From the NCBI GenBank assembly GCA_000002445.1, contig CM000208.1, positions 192,001 through 256,000 on the forward strand: a stretch of 64,000 nt of DNA, given 5' to 3'. Each line of letters starts with the position of its first letter. Within the stretch, counting starts at the first letter, position 1. Position numbers and translations under genes: made by a program. The DNA comes from Trypanosoma brucei (taxonomy: Eukaryota). Of the stretch, positions 22,354-32,263 are shown piece by piece. The notes beneath the pieces were generated by a model that was not told where the DNA came from, searched no databases, and saw only the letters and a program-made list of their open reading frames with translations.

Positions 22354-23136
22354 ATGGCGGACCTTTCCGATAATAAGTTTGCCTACCTCAAAGACAAAAA
22401 TATACCACAACTCATGGAGTATATTCTACAGAAACTCGTCACGGACCTTCCTGAAAATCCAATGCATTATATTGGGGAACTGATGGAAGAACCCGTTCCA
22501 CCGAGGATTATTGTCGCCGGCCCACCCGGCAGCGGCAAAGGGACGCAATGCGAAGCCATTGCAGAGAAGTTTGGTGTTGTACATATTTCTACTGGAGATT
22601 TAATTCGGGAAGAAGCAACAGCGGATACGGAGGAAGGCAGAGAGTTGGCGCAGTTGATGGAAGAAGGCGATTTAGTCCCTGACGAATTCATCTCTCAGTT
22701 GGTTTACCGCCGCCTTCAAAAAGACGACGCGAAGCGGTTTGGTTGGCTGCTTGATGGTTTCCCCCGCTCCAAACAACAGGCGATGGAATTGGATACATGG
22801 ATGTGCCCTCCACATCTCTTCATTTTGTTGGATGTAGCGGATGAAGAAGTTTTCAAACGCATTGAACACCGTCGTGCCGATCCCGTGACGGGGAATGTGT
22901 ATCATTTAATATTTAACCCACCCCCAAAGTCTGATAAAGAATTATGGAATCGCCTCGTGCAGCGGACAGATGACCATCGCGACACGGTGGCGAAACGGTT
23001 GGAAGTATATCGCGAGGAAATAAGTTGGTTGATGGGACACTACGGTGGTATAACCGAAGTTGTGGATGGGAATCAGGGCATCAGAGCCGTTACAGCGGAT
23101 GTACTGAAAACAGTGGAGAGCCGGCTGTTGCGTTGA
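22354..23136 (+). CDS. ADK: Adenylate kinase with an N-terminal ~45-aa extension (flagellar-type ADK of trypanosomatids)
   Basis: The P-loop IIVAGPPGSGKGTQCEAIAEKFG and the NMP-binding and LID regions (LLDGFPR, RxDD) are diagnostic of adenylate kinase. The extra N-terminal segment MADLSDNKFAYLKDKNIPQLMEYILQKLVTDLPENPMHYIGELMEE precedes the core. The long pyrimidine tract 21820-21955 lies upstream. Confidence 0.85.
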   Translation: MADLSDNKFAYLKDKNIPQLMEYILQKLVTDLPENPMHYIGELMEEPVPPRIIVAGPPGSGKGTQCEAIAEKFGVVHISTGDLIREEATADTEEGRELAQLMEEGDLVPDEFISQLVYRRLQKDDAKRFGWLLDGFPRSKQQAMELDTWMCPPHLFILLDVADEEVFKRIEHRRADPVTGNVYHLIFNPPPKSDKELWNRLVQRTDDHRDTVAKRLEVYREEISWLMGHYGGITEVVDGNQGIRAVTADVLKTVESRLLR

Positions 23137-24093
23137 AGACAAGAGGAAACATTTTTTTTTTTTCTTGTTCCACTTCTTGTTTTCTTTTCCTTTCTTTTCT
23201 GTTCGTTTTTTTCTTTGTTTTTGAAGACGCCGGTGTTTCATGTTCTGAGTCCGCTGTTTGTCTCGTTCATTGCCATTCCATTCTCCCTCCCTTCGTCCCT
23301 TAGCGTTGCGTATCGTGATTGGAAGAACAGCGAAATGTAGTTTTATGCGCTATTCTCAAATGATGGCAATATATTGAGCTGTAAACTCATTCCATTTTTT
23401 ATTGGTGTTTCTGTTTCCCTCCACCTTTTGCCTCCTAACACAAACTATCACGCAAACACAAATATCCGCCAGTTTATACATGGATGTGTATCTTCTTTCC
23501 GCTCTAGGACATGGAAGTGCGAGTTGGGTTTCGTGACTATGAAATATATATATATATGAATTGGGTTTGTGATTGTTTTCATTCTTCTTCTTCTGTTTTT
23601 TGAGGAGTGAAAGAGGTGGGGAAGAGAGACCTGTAAAAATAAGGAGTTGCAGCTCGTATTTTTGTGTAATTTACCCTCTTGGGCGCGTATTTCTATCATT
23701 ATGAATCAATGTATATTTGCGTGAAAACATGTATGAAGAAAGTTATTTGTGCGTGTAGAACTATGTTAGACTCTCCCTTCCATATCCACACTTCACGACG
23801 AACGCACACGCACCCACTCATATTTATATCAACACATATATTTCATGCGCGTGCACATATGCACTCGCTTAAAGCAGGTATGTGATGAAAGACAGGGGAA
23901 GAGTGAGAAAAAAAAATTATGTCAATGTGCTGCACACCAGACTTTTTTCCCCCTCTTTTTTAACAAAAAAAATTGAAAAATGAAGGGAGAGAGACTGAGC
24001 CAATACCAAACCCCCGATGCATATGCAACTTCATATCTCTTTACCTCTTTTCTTGTTTCTTTCCCGTTGATTTCCCTCCATTTTTCACATTTT

Positions 24094-24130
<37 letters not shown>

Positions 24131-25111
24131 TCGAACCTTCGTGTTGATCGGTGCTGTTCTTTTGTGTGCGTCCATGTGTGTCTGAAGTTGTTGATAGTGT
24201 GTTGGATCTCTGTAGTGACGAGAGTCCGTTATGTAATTACCGTTATTGTTTTTCGCTTTGTAGGATTTTTCTACCTGACAGTTGCGGTTGGAGGTAGATT
24301 AAACACAAATTTATGCAACCAACCCCATTTCAAAACATTTCCTGCATTACTTTGTTCTCTTTTTCTGGTCGTTTTGTTATGCTTTGTTTTAGTGGTTATG
24401 GTCCTACGGTTTGTTTGGTTCGCATTTAGTGTCTCCGACGGACTATCTTGGTGTTTATTGCAGGTAACTTTATGTATTTATGTATAATTGGCTTCCAGCA
24501 TTTTTTTCTTTTCTTCTTCCCCCCCCCTTCATCTTTCTCTCTCTTTTTGGTGCGTTTGACTTATTCTGCGCTTTCAGTTTCCCATGTTGTGAATGTATGA
24601 CATAATATATATTTCATGCCGGCCTTTCCCTCCATTTTTCTTCTTTGCTTTCCCCTTCTTTGATTTGCTTTGTGACCAAAACAATGTTGCCCCGGTGAGT
24701 TTCTGTTTTGTTTCGCTTTAGGCATCTAATATTCACTGAATTTTTCTTCAGTCTCCGCGGCATTTAACTCGATAACACACTGCTTCTAAGCGGTCCACCT
24801 GAAGTGTAGGGGAGAGGGGATAATTTTTTCCTTGAAAGAAAAGGACGCAAATACGTTTGTACGCATCTAAGTATATAAATATAAACACTTATTTATACAG
24901 CAAAAGGAAGAAGTCACCACGTGCATTATTATCTGTAGAAGTGAATAGTAGAGTTCAACATTTTGGACACATTTTTTTTTTTGTGACACTTTGTCACTTA
25001 AACCCATCGACACTTAGTCGTTGATAATAGTGAATTTCGGTGTCTGTTGTGGCTCCGGTTCCCTTCACCGCCATATTTTCTCCACTCAGGTGAATCATTA
25101 AAAAAAAAATC

Positions 25112-25112
25112 G

Positions 25113-25148
<36 letters not shown>
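25112..25148. repeat. (GT)n microsatellite
   Basis: cgtgtgtgcgtgtgtgtgtgtgtgtgtgtgtgtgtgct. Further (GA)n runs lie at 12124-12150, 12585-12640 and 17920-17940. A (CCT)n run lies at 31860-31880. Confidence 0.9.
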
Positions 25149-25150
<2 letters not shown>

Positions 25151-25407
25151 CAAACGCGCGTGAAGAATCCACACAGAACACCACAGGAGGGGGAAGGGGC
25201 TGAACGCATTTCTCCTTTCTTTACCAGGGAAATAAAACGGCGAGGATAGAAACACGCGGGCATACTTTTTCCTTGAACGGTGGCTTTTGAGTGTTTGAGA
25301 ACTGGGCACTGCACCCCGTTGAAAGTATTTTAACCTTGGTGTATATATATATATATATATTTTAGTGCCGGTGCTGCGAGCGACTCACATCAAAAGTTGT
25401 TTGAAAA

Positions 25408-28400
25408 ATGATTGGCACTCGGCGAAGTACTAAAAGCACCTCCTTTCAGCACCTGTACGGGTCACAAAACCGCACGCTGCGAGGTGCAAATGGTCAAAAG
25501 GGATTTTCCCATCAGCGGAATGGCACGGCTCGTGAGGAGCAGCAGTCAACCAAACCTCCAGGGCCACGTAACTCCGTTTTGATCAATCGTGTGGTTGATG
25601 TGTTGCCGCTGTTTAGCATCAACGGCACCGTTAGGTATATTGAGGCCGTAGGGGGACGTAGTGCGTGGACTGCAGAGGCGGATGGGTGCATTCGCGTGAG
25701 GAGTGTACCAAAGGGAACGGAAGTGCGAACACTGGAAGGAAGGGAAGGATGTTTCTGCACGTGCATATTATATGTAGAGTCAACGAATGCCATGTGGACA
25801 ACCTTCAGCGATGGCTTCATTCGCGTTTTCGACTTCAATACCCATGCGCTGCTCTCTGAGTTCATTAAACATGACAAAGCTATTGAATGTATATGGGAGG
25901 TGGAGGGATATGTATTTACGGGTGGTCGTGACTGGCAAATATATCAATGGAAGCCGGACACTTACGTCTGCGAACGACGACTCTCCGGTCACAATAATAC
26001 TGTTCGGTGCCTCTGCCAGTACGCTGGGGATACCGGAGCTGTCCTCTTCTCTGGAAGCGATGATGGCACTGTACGGGCGTGGGATCCATACCTTCCCGCG
26101 CGGAAAGGTAAGGACGGGGGCCCTATGATGCATATTTTTACTGGACACACACAGGGCGTGCTTTCTCTAGAACTTGTAACAGTCAGCAATCAGTTATGGT
26201 CTGGGGGCGAGGACACCACCATACGTGTTTACGACCTTCAAACGCTTGGGTGTGTTAGTGTGCTAAAGCACCACAGAGCACCCGTGAGTTCCATCAAGTT
26301 GATAGGAATTCGTGTGTGGAGTGCTGACAAGTATGGAAAGACGCTCTTGTGGGACCCCAAGACGTTAACACCACTGAAAGACCTCACCACTCATATGGCT
26401 ACCGACCCCGGTTCGATGCTCAGCATTTGTAAGGTGAAGCAACTGGTGTCATGGAAAGTATGGACTGCCTGTTCTGGGGGGAAGATTTATTGTTGGAATG
26501 CAGATTCTATTCCTATAGCGTTTGATGGTCCCACAGCCGGCAAGGACGCTGTTGATGTTAGCGATGCGGTGCAGCTGCTTACAGAAAATAAAGGCTTGCG
26601 AGGCGAAATAGAAAAGTTGAGGAGGCAGCTGATGGGTGAGGCCGAGGATGGGGGGTCTTCGGCAAACAGAGGGTCTGCGAGTGTGTCACCATCAAGAGCC
26701 AAAAGTGTTCCTTCTCATCCGCGGCACCATGAGTCCAAAATGGGACGAGGAACCTCCCCGTCGGCAACTCCACCGGGGAAAAGGCGGTCTCCCCCTGCGT
26801 TTTCTGCTGAATACGCCAACGATACTCCTATTCACGAGAGAGCAAACACGGCCTCCAGGGAGGGTGATGATGCACGAGGTTGCACGACATGTCATGAGAG
26901 ATTTTTCTATGGTGATGCATGGGAATTTATCTTCAGGCAAGACACGGAAGAGCTGTGCGCAGTGATCCGTCATGAAGTTGCTACTGTCCTCGGCATTCCG
27001 GCCGATCAGGTGCAAATCACCCAAATGGAACTTGGCAGTGCTGGCCAGGGGTGTGTTGTGAAGCTGAATATACAGCACAGTGCGAGTTTGCCTCCTTCAG
27101 AAATTGATACTATGCTAAGCAATTATCCATTTATTGATGTCTATGAGTTGTATGGTCGTTACCTCGCGAAGAAGTACGGGGACCCTAACGAAGTGCATGT
27201 TTCAGAGAGTGGAAGTGGGACGTTGGGTGGGCAGGTGCACCGGTCCCTGTGCGTTGACGACAGCAGAGGGGAGGAGGAGATGGCAAATGGTTACGACGAC
27301 CCTACGCCACTCCAAAATATGATCAACACGTTATTGAAGGAGAACGAAGAACTGCGGGGCCAGTTAATGCCAAAGGCGGAGACACCACCAGACGAAAACA
27401 ATGCTGAGGTTCGGACAGCGTTAACTAACTACGAAGAAGAGAGGATGAAGCCCCGGATTGCACAACTTGAGAAGGCTCTTGCCGAGAGAGATGAAACGCT
27501 TCACAGAAAGGATGAACGGATAAGGCAATTGGAGAGGGAACTTGAGGCAACCAAGTCCGATACCGGTATGAAGGAAGTCATGAAAGACCTGCGCAAAAGA
27601 GAGAAGAAACTGTTGACTGAAGTTGAAGCACTCACATCTCAGGTGGAGGCAATGGAAGAAGATAAGAGGAGAGCGGAAGACGATGCCAGCTTCTACCGAA
27701 GGGAAAATGAGTTGTTACGCAATCGTATCTCTGCAATGAATGAACAAATGGCAAAGGCATCAGGTTCTGAAGCAGAGGAAATGCAAAAGGTATTGACGAG
27801 TTATGAGGAAGAAAATGTAAAACCGAGGATAGCGCGACTTGAGGAGGTCATCGCAGAGAAGGATGAAAACCTTCAGTCACGGGACGAGAAGATAAAGAAG
27901 CTCGAAGATGAACTTGAGGCGGCAAAACAGGAAGCGAAATTTGCATCGGGGGAAAGTGTGAAGAGTAACGGCAAAGCAGGGAGTGAAACGGAAACATCGC
28001 TCTTAACGGAGGTGCAGGTGCTTAGAGACCAGGTGGAGGCAATGGAAGAAGATAAGAGGAGAGTGGAAGACGATGCCAGCTTCTACCGAAGGGAAAATGA
28101 GTTGTTACGCAATCGTATCTCTGCAATGAATGAACAAATGGCAAAGGCATCAGGTTCTGAAGCAGAGGAAATGCAAAAGGTATTGACGAGTTATGAGGAA
28201 GAAAATGTAAAACCGAGGATAGCGCGACTTGAGGAAGCGGTTTCTCAGAGGGACGAGGTTCTTCGTTCACAAGATGAACGGATAAAGGAGCTGACGAGAG
28301 AAATTGAAGAAAATCGGAGAGAAGACAAGAAGGGTTCCTACCACGTTACAGACGAGGCTGTTGTAGCGTCCAAGGAGGAAGTTCAGGCACTGAAGAATCA

Positions 28401-30567
28401 AATGAAAGCAATGAAAAAGGAAAAAGAAAAACTGGAAAATGAGTCTAAGCTCTATAGGAAGGAGAATGAGTCGCTGAAGGAACGGCTTTCTGAGACGAAT
28501 GATCAGCTGAAGAAGTCATCACCTCTTCACGAAGAGGAGAAACAAAAGGTGCTGTCAAGATACGAGGAAGAAAATATGAAAGCGAGAGTCGCGCGACTTG
28601 AGGAAGCCGTTACTCAGAGGGATGAGGCTCTTCGTGCAAAGAGCGAGCGGATACGCCAACTGGAGAAGGAACTGAGGGCAGCGCACCGAGAAGTGAAGGC
28701 TGCTCTCGAGGAGAGCAAGAAAAGCAGCAGTCGGCTTCACAGCGACTCCACGCAGACATCGGCAGAGGAACTGAGGTCTCTCATGACAAAAGCAAGGGAA
28801 AGAGAAAAAGAAAAATTAAAGAATGAGTCTAAGCTCTATAGGAAGGAGAATGAGTCGCTGAAGGAACGGCTTTCTGAGACGGATGATCAGCTGAAGAAGT
28901 CGTCGTCTCTCGACGAAGAGGAGAAACAAAAGGTGCTGTCAAGATACGAGGAAGAAGACGTGAAGCCGAGAGTGGCACGACTTGAGGAAGCCGTTACTCA
29001 GAGGGATGAGGCTCTTCGTGCAAAGGATGAGCGGATACGCCAACTGGAGAAGGAACTGAGGGCAGCGCACCGAGAAGCGAAGTCTGCTCTCGAGGATGGC
29101 AGGAGAAACAGCAGTCGGCTTCACAGCGACTCCACGCAGACATCGGCAGAGGAACTGAGGTCATTGAAAACAAAGATGGATGAAATGGAGAATGACAAAC
29201 GAAGGCTGAATGAAGAAATCGTCCTGTTAAGAAAGGAAAACGAGACACTAAAGCGAAATTTGGGTGACGTAATGAGGAGGTTAAAGAATCCATCAAGTTT
29301 CATTGCAAGCGAGAAACAGAAATTGCTGTCGAGCTACGAGGAAGAACACGTGAAACCGAGAATTACACGACTTGAGCATGCGGTTACTCTGAGGGACGAG
29401 AGACTTCAAGCAAAGGAGGATCGGATACGTCAACTGGAGAGGGAACTCGATGCCCTGCGGTATGGTGGTAAAAATGATGTGGATAACAATGCAGTGGAAG
29501 ATGGTAAGACCTTCCGCCAGCTGGAAGAGGCACTCTTAGTTGAAATTCAAGGAGTAAAGGATCAAATGAGGGCAATGGCAAAGAGCAATCAAAAAATGCA
29601 AGAAGAAGCTGTTTGTCTAATGAGGGAGAATCAGATGCTGAGAGATCGTCTTGCGGAGGCGTGTGAACAGCTCGGAAAGACACCATCTATCGAGGCGAGG
29701 GAGACTAGTCGAGAACTAGTGAAGTGTGAGGATGTAAGTCCTAACCCTAGAATAGCACAGCTTGAGCAAGCCGTAACTGAGAGGGATGAAATACTCCACA
29801 CAAAGGATGAACGGATAAGGCAACTGGAGAGGGAACTCGAGATGTTTCAGCACGAAAACAGGGCGATATGTGGCAACAGAGATTGTCGGGACGCAGGAAG
29901 GAAGTTGGCGGCTGAAAACCAAGAACTGAGGAATCTGGTGAAGTATATTGAGAATGACAAGCAGAAGCTGGAGCACGAGGCCAGTTTTTTCAAGCATGAA
30001 AACGATGCTCTGATCGGCCGTATCGCGGAGCTGGAAAGTACTCCAAGAGCGCCGTCCTTGTCACCAACTAAGACTCATACCCTTTCGGGTGATAGGGAGG
30101 CTCTTATGTCGCGGCTGGGCACTGCAATCGAGCAGGTTCACAATGTTCAGAAAGAAAGAGAGGCTGCAGAACGCAAGATTGCTGTATTGCAGGAGGATTG
30201 TAGGGACCTCCGTATGAGGCTTCAGCACGCTTCTGATACTCCTGTACGTAATGAAGCGTTGTTTCCGTCTTCCACTAACTGTGACGGCACATACCAAACA
30301 GGTCTTCACAGTGGAGAGGATGCTCATTTAATTGAAAGTGCGAGGGGAGCGCCTCACAGTAGTAGTGACGCCATTGTTGAGTTATTGCCCGACAGATTAA
30401 CCGCATTGGAGGATACGATGGCGTCTTTAAATACAGGACTTCATGACGCTATACGTCGTTTGAGCTCCGTAAGCGACAACAGCGCGCTGCTACGCACACA
30501 AATTGCGGATATGCTCTCGCAGCGTTCGTCTCACAATCTGATTACTGATCCTCATGAGAGGTCGTAG
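25408..30567 (+). CDS. WD40-repeat N-terminal domain plus giant repetitive coiled-coil protein (1719 aa)
   Basis: N-terminal WD repeats (GHNNTVRCLCQY...FSGSDDGTVRAWD, FTGHTQGVLSLE...WSGGEDTTIRVYD). A charged heptad coiled coil follows, built from a recurring module about 130 aa long (YEEENVKPRIARLEEAV.QRDE.L..KDERI.QLE.EL) present roughly 9 times, including near-identical recent copies. Confidence 0.75.
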   Translation: MIGTRRSTKSTSFQHLYGSQNRTLRGANGQKGFSHQRNGTAREEQQSTKPPGPRNSVLINRVVDVLPLFSINGTVRYIEAVGGRSAWTAEADGCIRVRSVPKGTEVRTLEGREGCFCTCILYVESTNAMWTTFSDGFIRVFDFNTHALLSEFIKHDKAIECIWEVEGYVFTGGRDWQIYQWKPDTYVCERRLSGHNNTVRCLCQYAGDTGAVLFSGSDDGTVRAWDPYLPARKGKDGGPMMHIFTGHTQGVLSLELVTVSNQLWSGGEDTTIRVYDLQTLGCVSVLKHHRAPVSSIKLIGIRVWSADKYGKTLLWDPKTLTPLKDLTTHMATDPGSMLSICKVKQLVSWKVWTACSGGKIYCWNADSIPIAFDGPTAGKDAVDVSDAVQLLTENKGLRGEIEKLRRQLMGEAEDGGSSANRGSASVSPSRAKSVPSHPRHHESKMGRGTSPSATPPGKRRSPPAFSAEYANDTPIHERANTASREGDDARGCTTCHERFFYGDAWEFIFRQDTEELCAVIRHEVATVLGIPADQVQITQMELGSAGQGCVVKLNIQHSASLPPSEIDTMLSNYPFIDVYELYGRYLAKKYGDPNEVHVSESGSGTLGGQVHRSLCVDDSRGEEEMANGYDDPTPLQNMINTLLKENEELRGQLMPKAETPPDENNAEVRTALTNYEEERMKPRIAQLEKALAERDETLHRKDERIRQLERELEATKSDTGMKEVMKDLRKREKKLLTEVEALTSQVEAMEEDKRRAEDDASFYRRENELLRNRISAMNEQMAKASGSEAEEMQKVLTSYEEENVKPRIARLEEVIAEKDENLQSRDEKIKKLEDELEAAKQEAKFASGESVKSNGKAGSETETSLLTEVQVLRDQVEAMEEDKRRVEDDASFYRRENELLRNRISAMNEQMAKASGSEAEEMQKVLTSYEEENVKPRIARLEEAVSQRDEVLRSQDERIKELTREIEENRREDKKGSYHVTDEAVVASKEEVQALKNQMKAMKKEKEKLENESKLYRKENESLKERLSETNDQLKKSSPLHEEEKQKVLSRYEEENMKARVARLEEAVTQRDEALRAKSERIRQLEKELRAAHREVKAALEESKKSSSRLHSDSTQTSAEELRSLMTKAREREKEKLKNESKLYRKENESLKERLSETDDQLKKSSSLDEEEKQKVLSRYEEEDVKPRVARLEEAVTQRDEALRAKDERIRQLEKELRAAHREAKSALEDGRRNSSRLHSDSTQTSAEELRSLKTKMDEMENDKRRLNEEIVLLRKENETLKRNLGDVMRRLKNPSSFIASEKQKLLSSYEEEHVKPRITRLEHAVTLRDERLQAKEDRIRQLERELDALRYGGKNDVDNNAVEDGKTFRQLEEALLVEIQGVKDQMRAMAKSNQKMQEEAVCLMRENQMLRDRLAEACEQLGKTPSIEARETSRELVKCEDVSPNPRIAQLEQAVTERDEILHTKDERIRQLERELEMFQHENRAICGNRDCRDAGRKLAAENQELRNLVKYIENDKQKLEHEASFFKHENDALIGRIAELESTPRAPSLSPTKTHTLSGDREALMSRLGTAIEQVHNVQKEREAAERKIAVLQEDCRDLRMRLQHASDTPVRNEALFPSSTNCDGTYQTGLHSGEDAHLIESARGAPHSSSDAIVELLPDRLTALEDTMASLNTGLHDAIRRLSSVSDNSALLRTQIADMLSQRSSHNLITDPHERS
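27641..28240 (+). repeat. Two near-identical ~210-nt copies (27641-27850 and 28031-28240) within the WD40 coiled-coil gene
   Basis: Both copies encode QVEAMEEDKRR(A/V)EDDASFYRRENELLRNRISAMNEQMAKASGSEAEEMQKVLTSYEEENVKPRIARLEE. Confidence 0.85.
28420..29170 (+). repeat. Two ~370-nt near-identical tandem copies (28420-28790 and 28805-29170) within the same gene
   Basis: Both copies encode NESKLYRKENESLKERLSET(N/D)DQLKKSS...RLHSDSTQTSAEELRSL. Confidence 0.85.
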
Positions 30568-32263
30568 AGTTATGTAACTGTATCATTTTATGTACAAAAG
30601 GAAGAAAATAAACAAATAAATGAAAAGGTGGGCGATTGTAAACGACTTAAATGCTGTCTGCCCGTTTGTCGGACAACTAACTCCGCAACGCAGCACCTGA
30701 AGTACTGTATGTGCTTAAGCTTATGAACTCCTCATATGAGGTGATATGTGGTGAGTTTAACCCTTGGTACAATGTAGACAATTATTATTTATGGACATTG
30801 TCGATGTAATATTGTGGGGGCGCTCCCTTTTTGTATGGAGGTTGCTTTGTATCTATTGCTTTACTGGCGCCACCCGAGTTTGTTGTTGTTGTTGTTTTCA
30901 CTCTTCTTGCTATCACTACACCCACACGTGTACGTCAAGTTCTTGGGATGTTCAATCACTCATTTTTTTTTAAAAGCAATGAGACATCATATGTGAAGAA
31001 ATATTATTCCTTTACTTTTAGGTATCTCCTTGTGTACGATGCCTCGCTGGCTCACATACCTTTTTGTTTACGCCCGCCTTTATCTTCCGTTTTGTGTTTA
31101 AATAGTGCTCTTTTTGCTTCATGTTAGTTTGATTGATCCTGTTGGATAAGTTAACGGCGGCGTTTTACTTTTCATGGGGAAAGTAGACGTGCCACCGACC
31201 GGTTTTTCTTTTTTTTTTTCACACAGTACTCACGTCGAAACATTTTTTTTTTTGAGTGTGAATGCTGTGTGAAAAGTTTCCACTTCCCTCCTTTTTTTTT
31301 TGTGTGTGTGTGTGCGTTTGTGTGTAGTTCTGGGTATATCAGGGGATGGAGTAGGTTTTCCATTTGTGGTCACGAAGAGAGGGGAGAGAGAGAGAGAGAG
31401 GAAACAAAAAAAAATGGAACTGTTCAATAGGCTGCGCAAGTGGGCAAATATCTGTAGTAGTGGAAGTCGTCGCAGGCTGACGTGGGGCAACGAGTGTTTT
31501 TTTTTTTTTTTGAAGAGAAGAAATAGAGGAACAGAAGCCCCGTGTTTAAGTGGTTGTACGACGTTTTGTGCGTGCCAAAAAAAAAAATTGTGAACAAAAA
31601 AAAGGGAGTAACCCCTTTCGTTTGCCTCCTTTGTTTTTTTTTTCGTGGCCTCGAGAGGATTTTGCTTCTTTCCTCTCTTTGCATCTGATTGAAATGACTG
31701 TAGTCGGAGTGATTGTACCGCTAACGCACAGACAATAACCCTGTTTTTATTTGGAGGGAAGCAAACGTTTTCACTATCACCTTCTTTTGTACTTCTAACT
31801 GCGTATGTATGTATGTACATGTGTCTGTTTGTTTTAATGTATACTAACTACTCCCCTTCCTCCTCCTCCTCCTCCTTCTCTGTTGCGTAACCAAGTGGAC
31901 GGTAAACATTGCAGAAGGTATGTGCCCAAGTGGCTTGTAATCGCTGTATTTGCTCTGTTTTACCGTCAACAATACATCCCCCATTTTTTTTTTAAAAAAA
32001 TGCCACATTAGTGTTGTACTTCCTTCACTGATTTGTTCTACCTTACTTTTTTTTTTGCGTTTTTTTTTTAAAAAACCAAGTGCTGTACGGTGTAGTCGCG
32101 CAGTTTATTATACTCTTCTCCGGGTAAGACCCGGGGCGCATCCAAGTCAATCAGTAGGAACAATTGGTTTCTGCCTAGGAGTAAGGGTCGAACAAGGACG
32201 CGTACCGGCATACGTATCGTCCAGGTTCGTTGGTTACATCTCTTACATTTTGTGTAGTAAACG

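Noticed and set aside
24164-24487. 107-aa + strand ORF, hydrophobic
   Set aside because: It starts inside a (TA)n/poly-T region and has a strongly biased V/L/F/C composition from GT-rich sequence. No start context. Probably spacer.
31230-31820. 196-aa minus-strand ORF in the spacer between the two WD40 coiled-coil genes
   Set aside because: Very low complexity (poly-K/F/L from A/T runs). It starts inside homopolymer tracts and is opposite to the unidirectional gene array. Most likely spurious.
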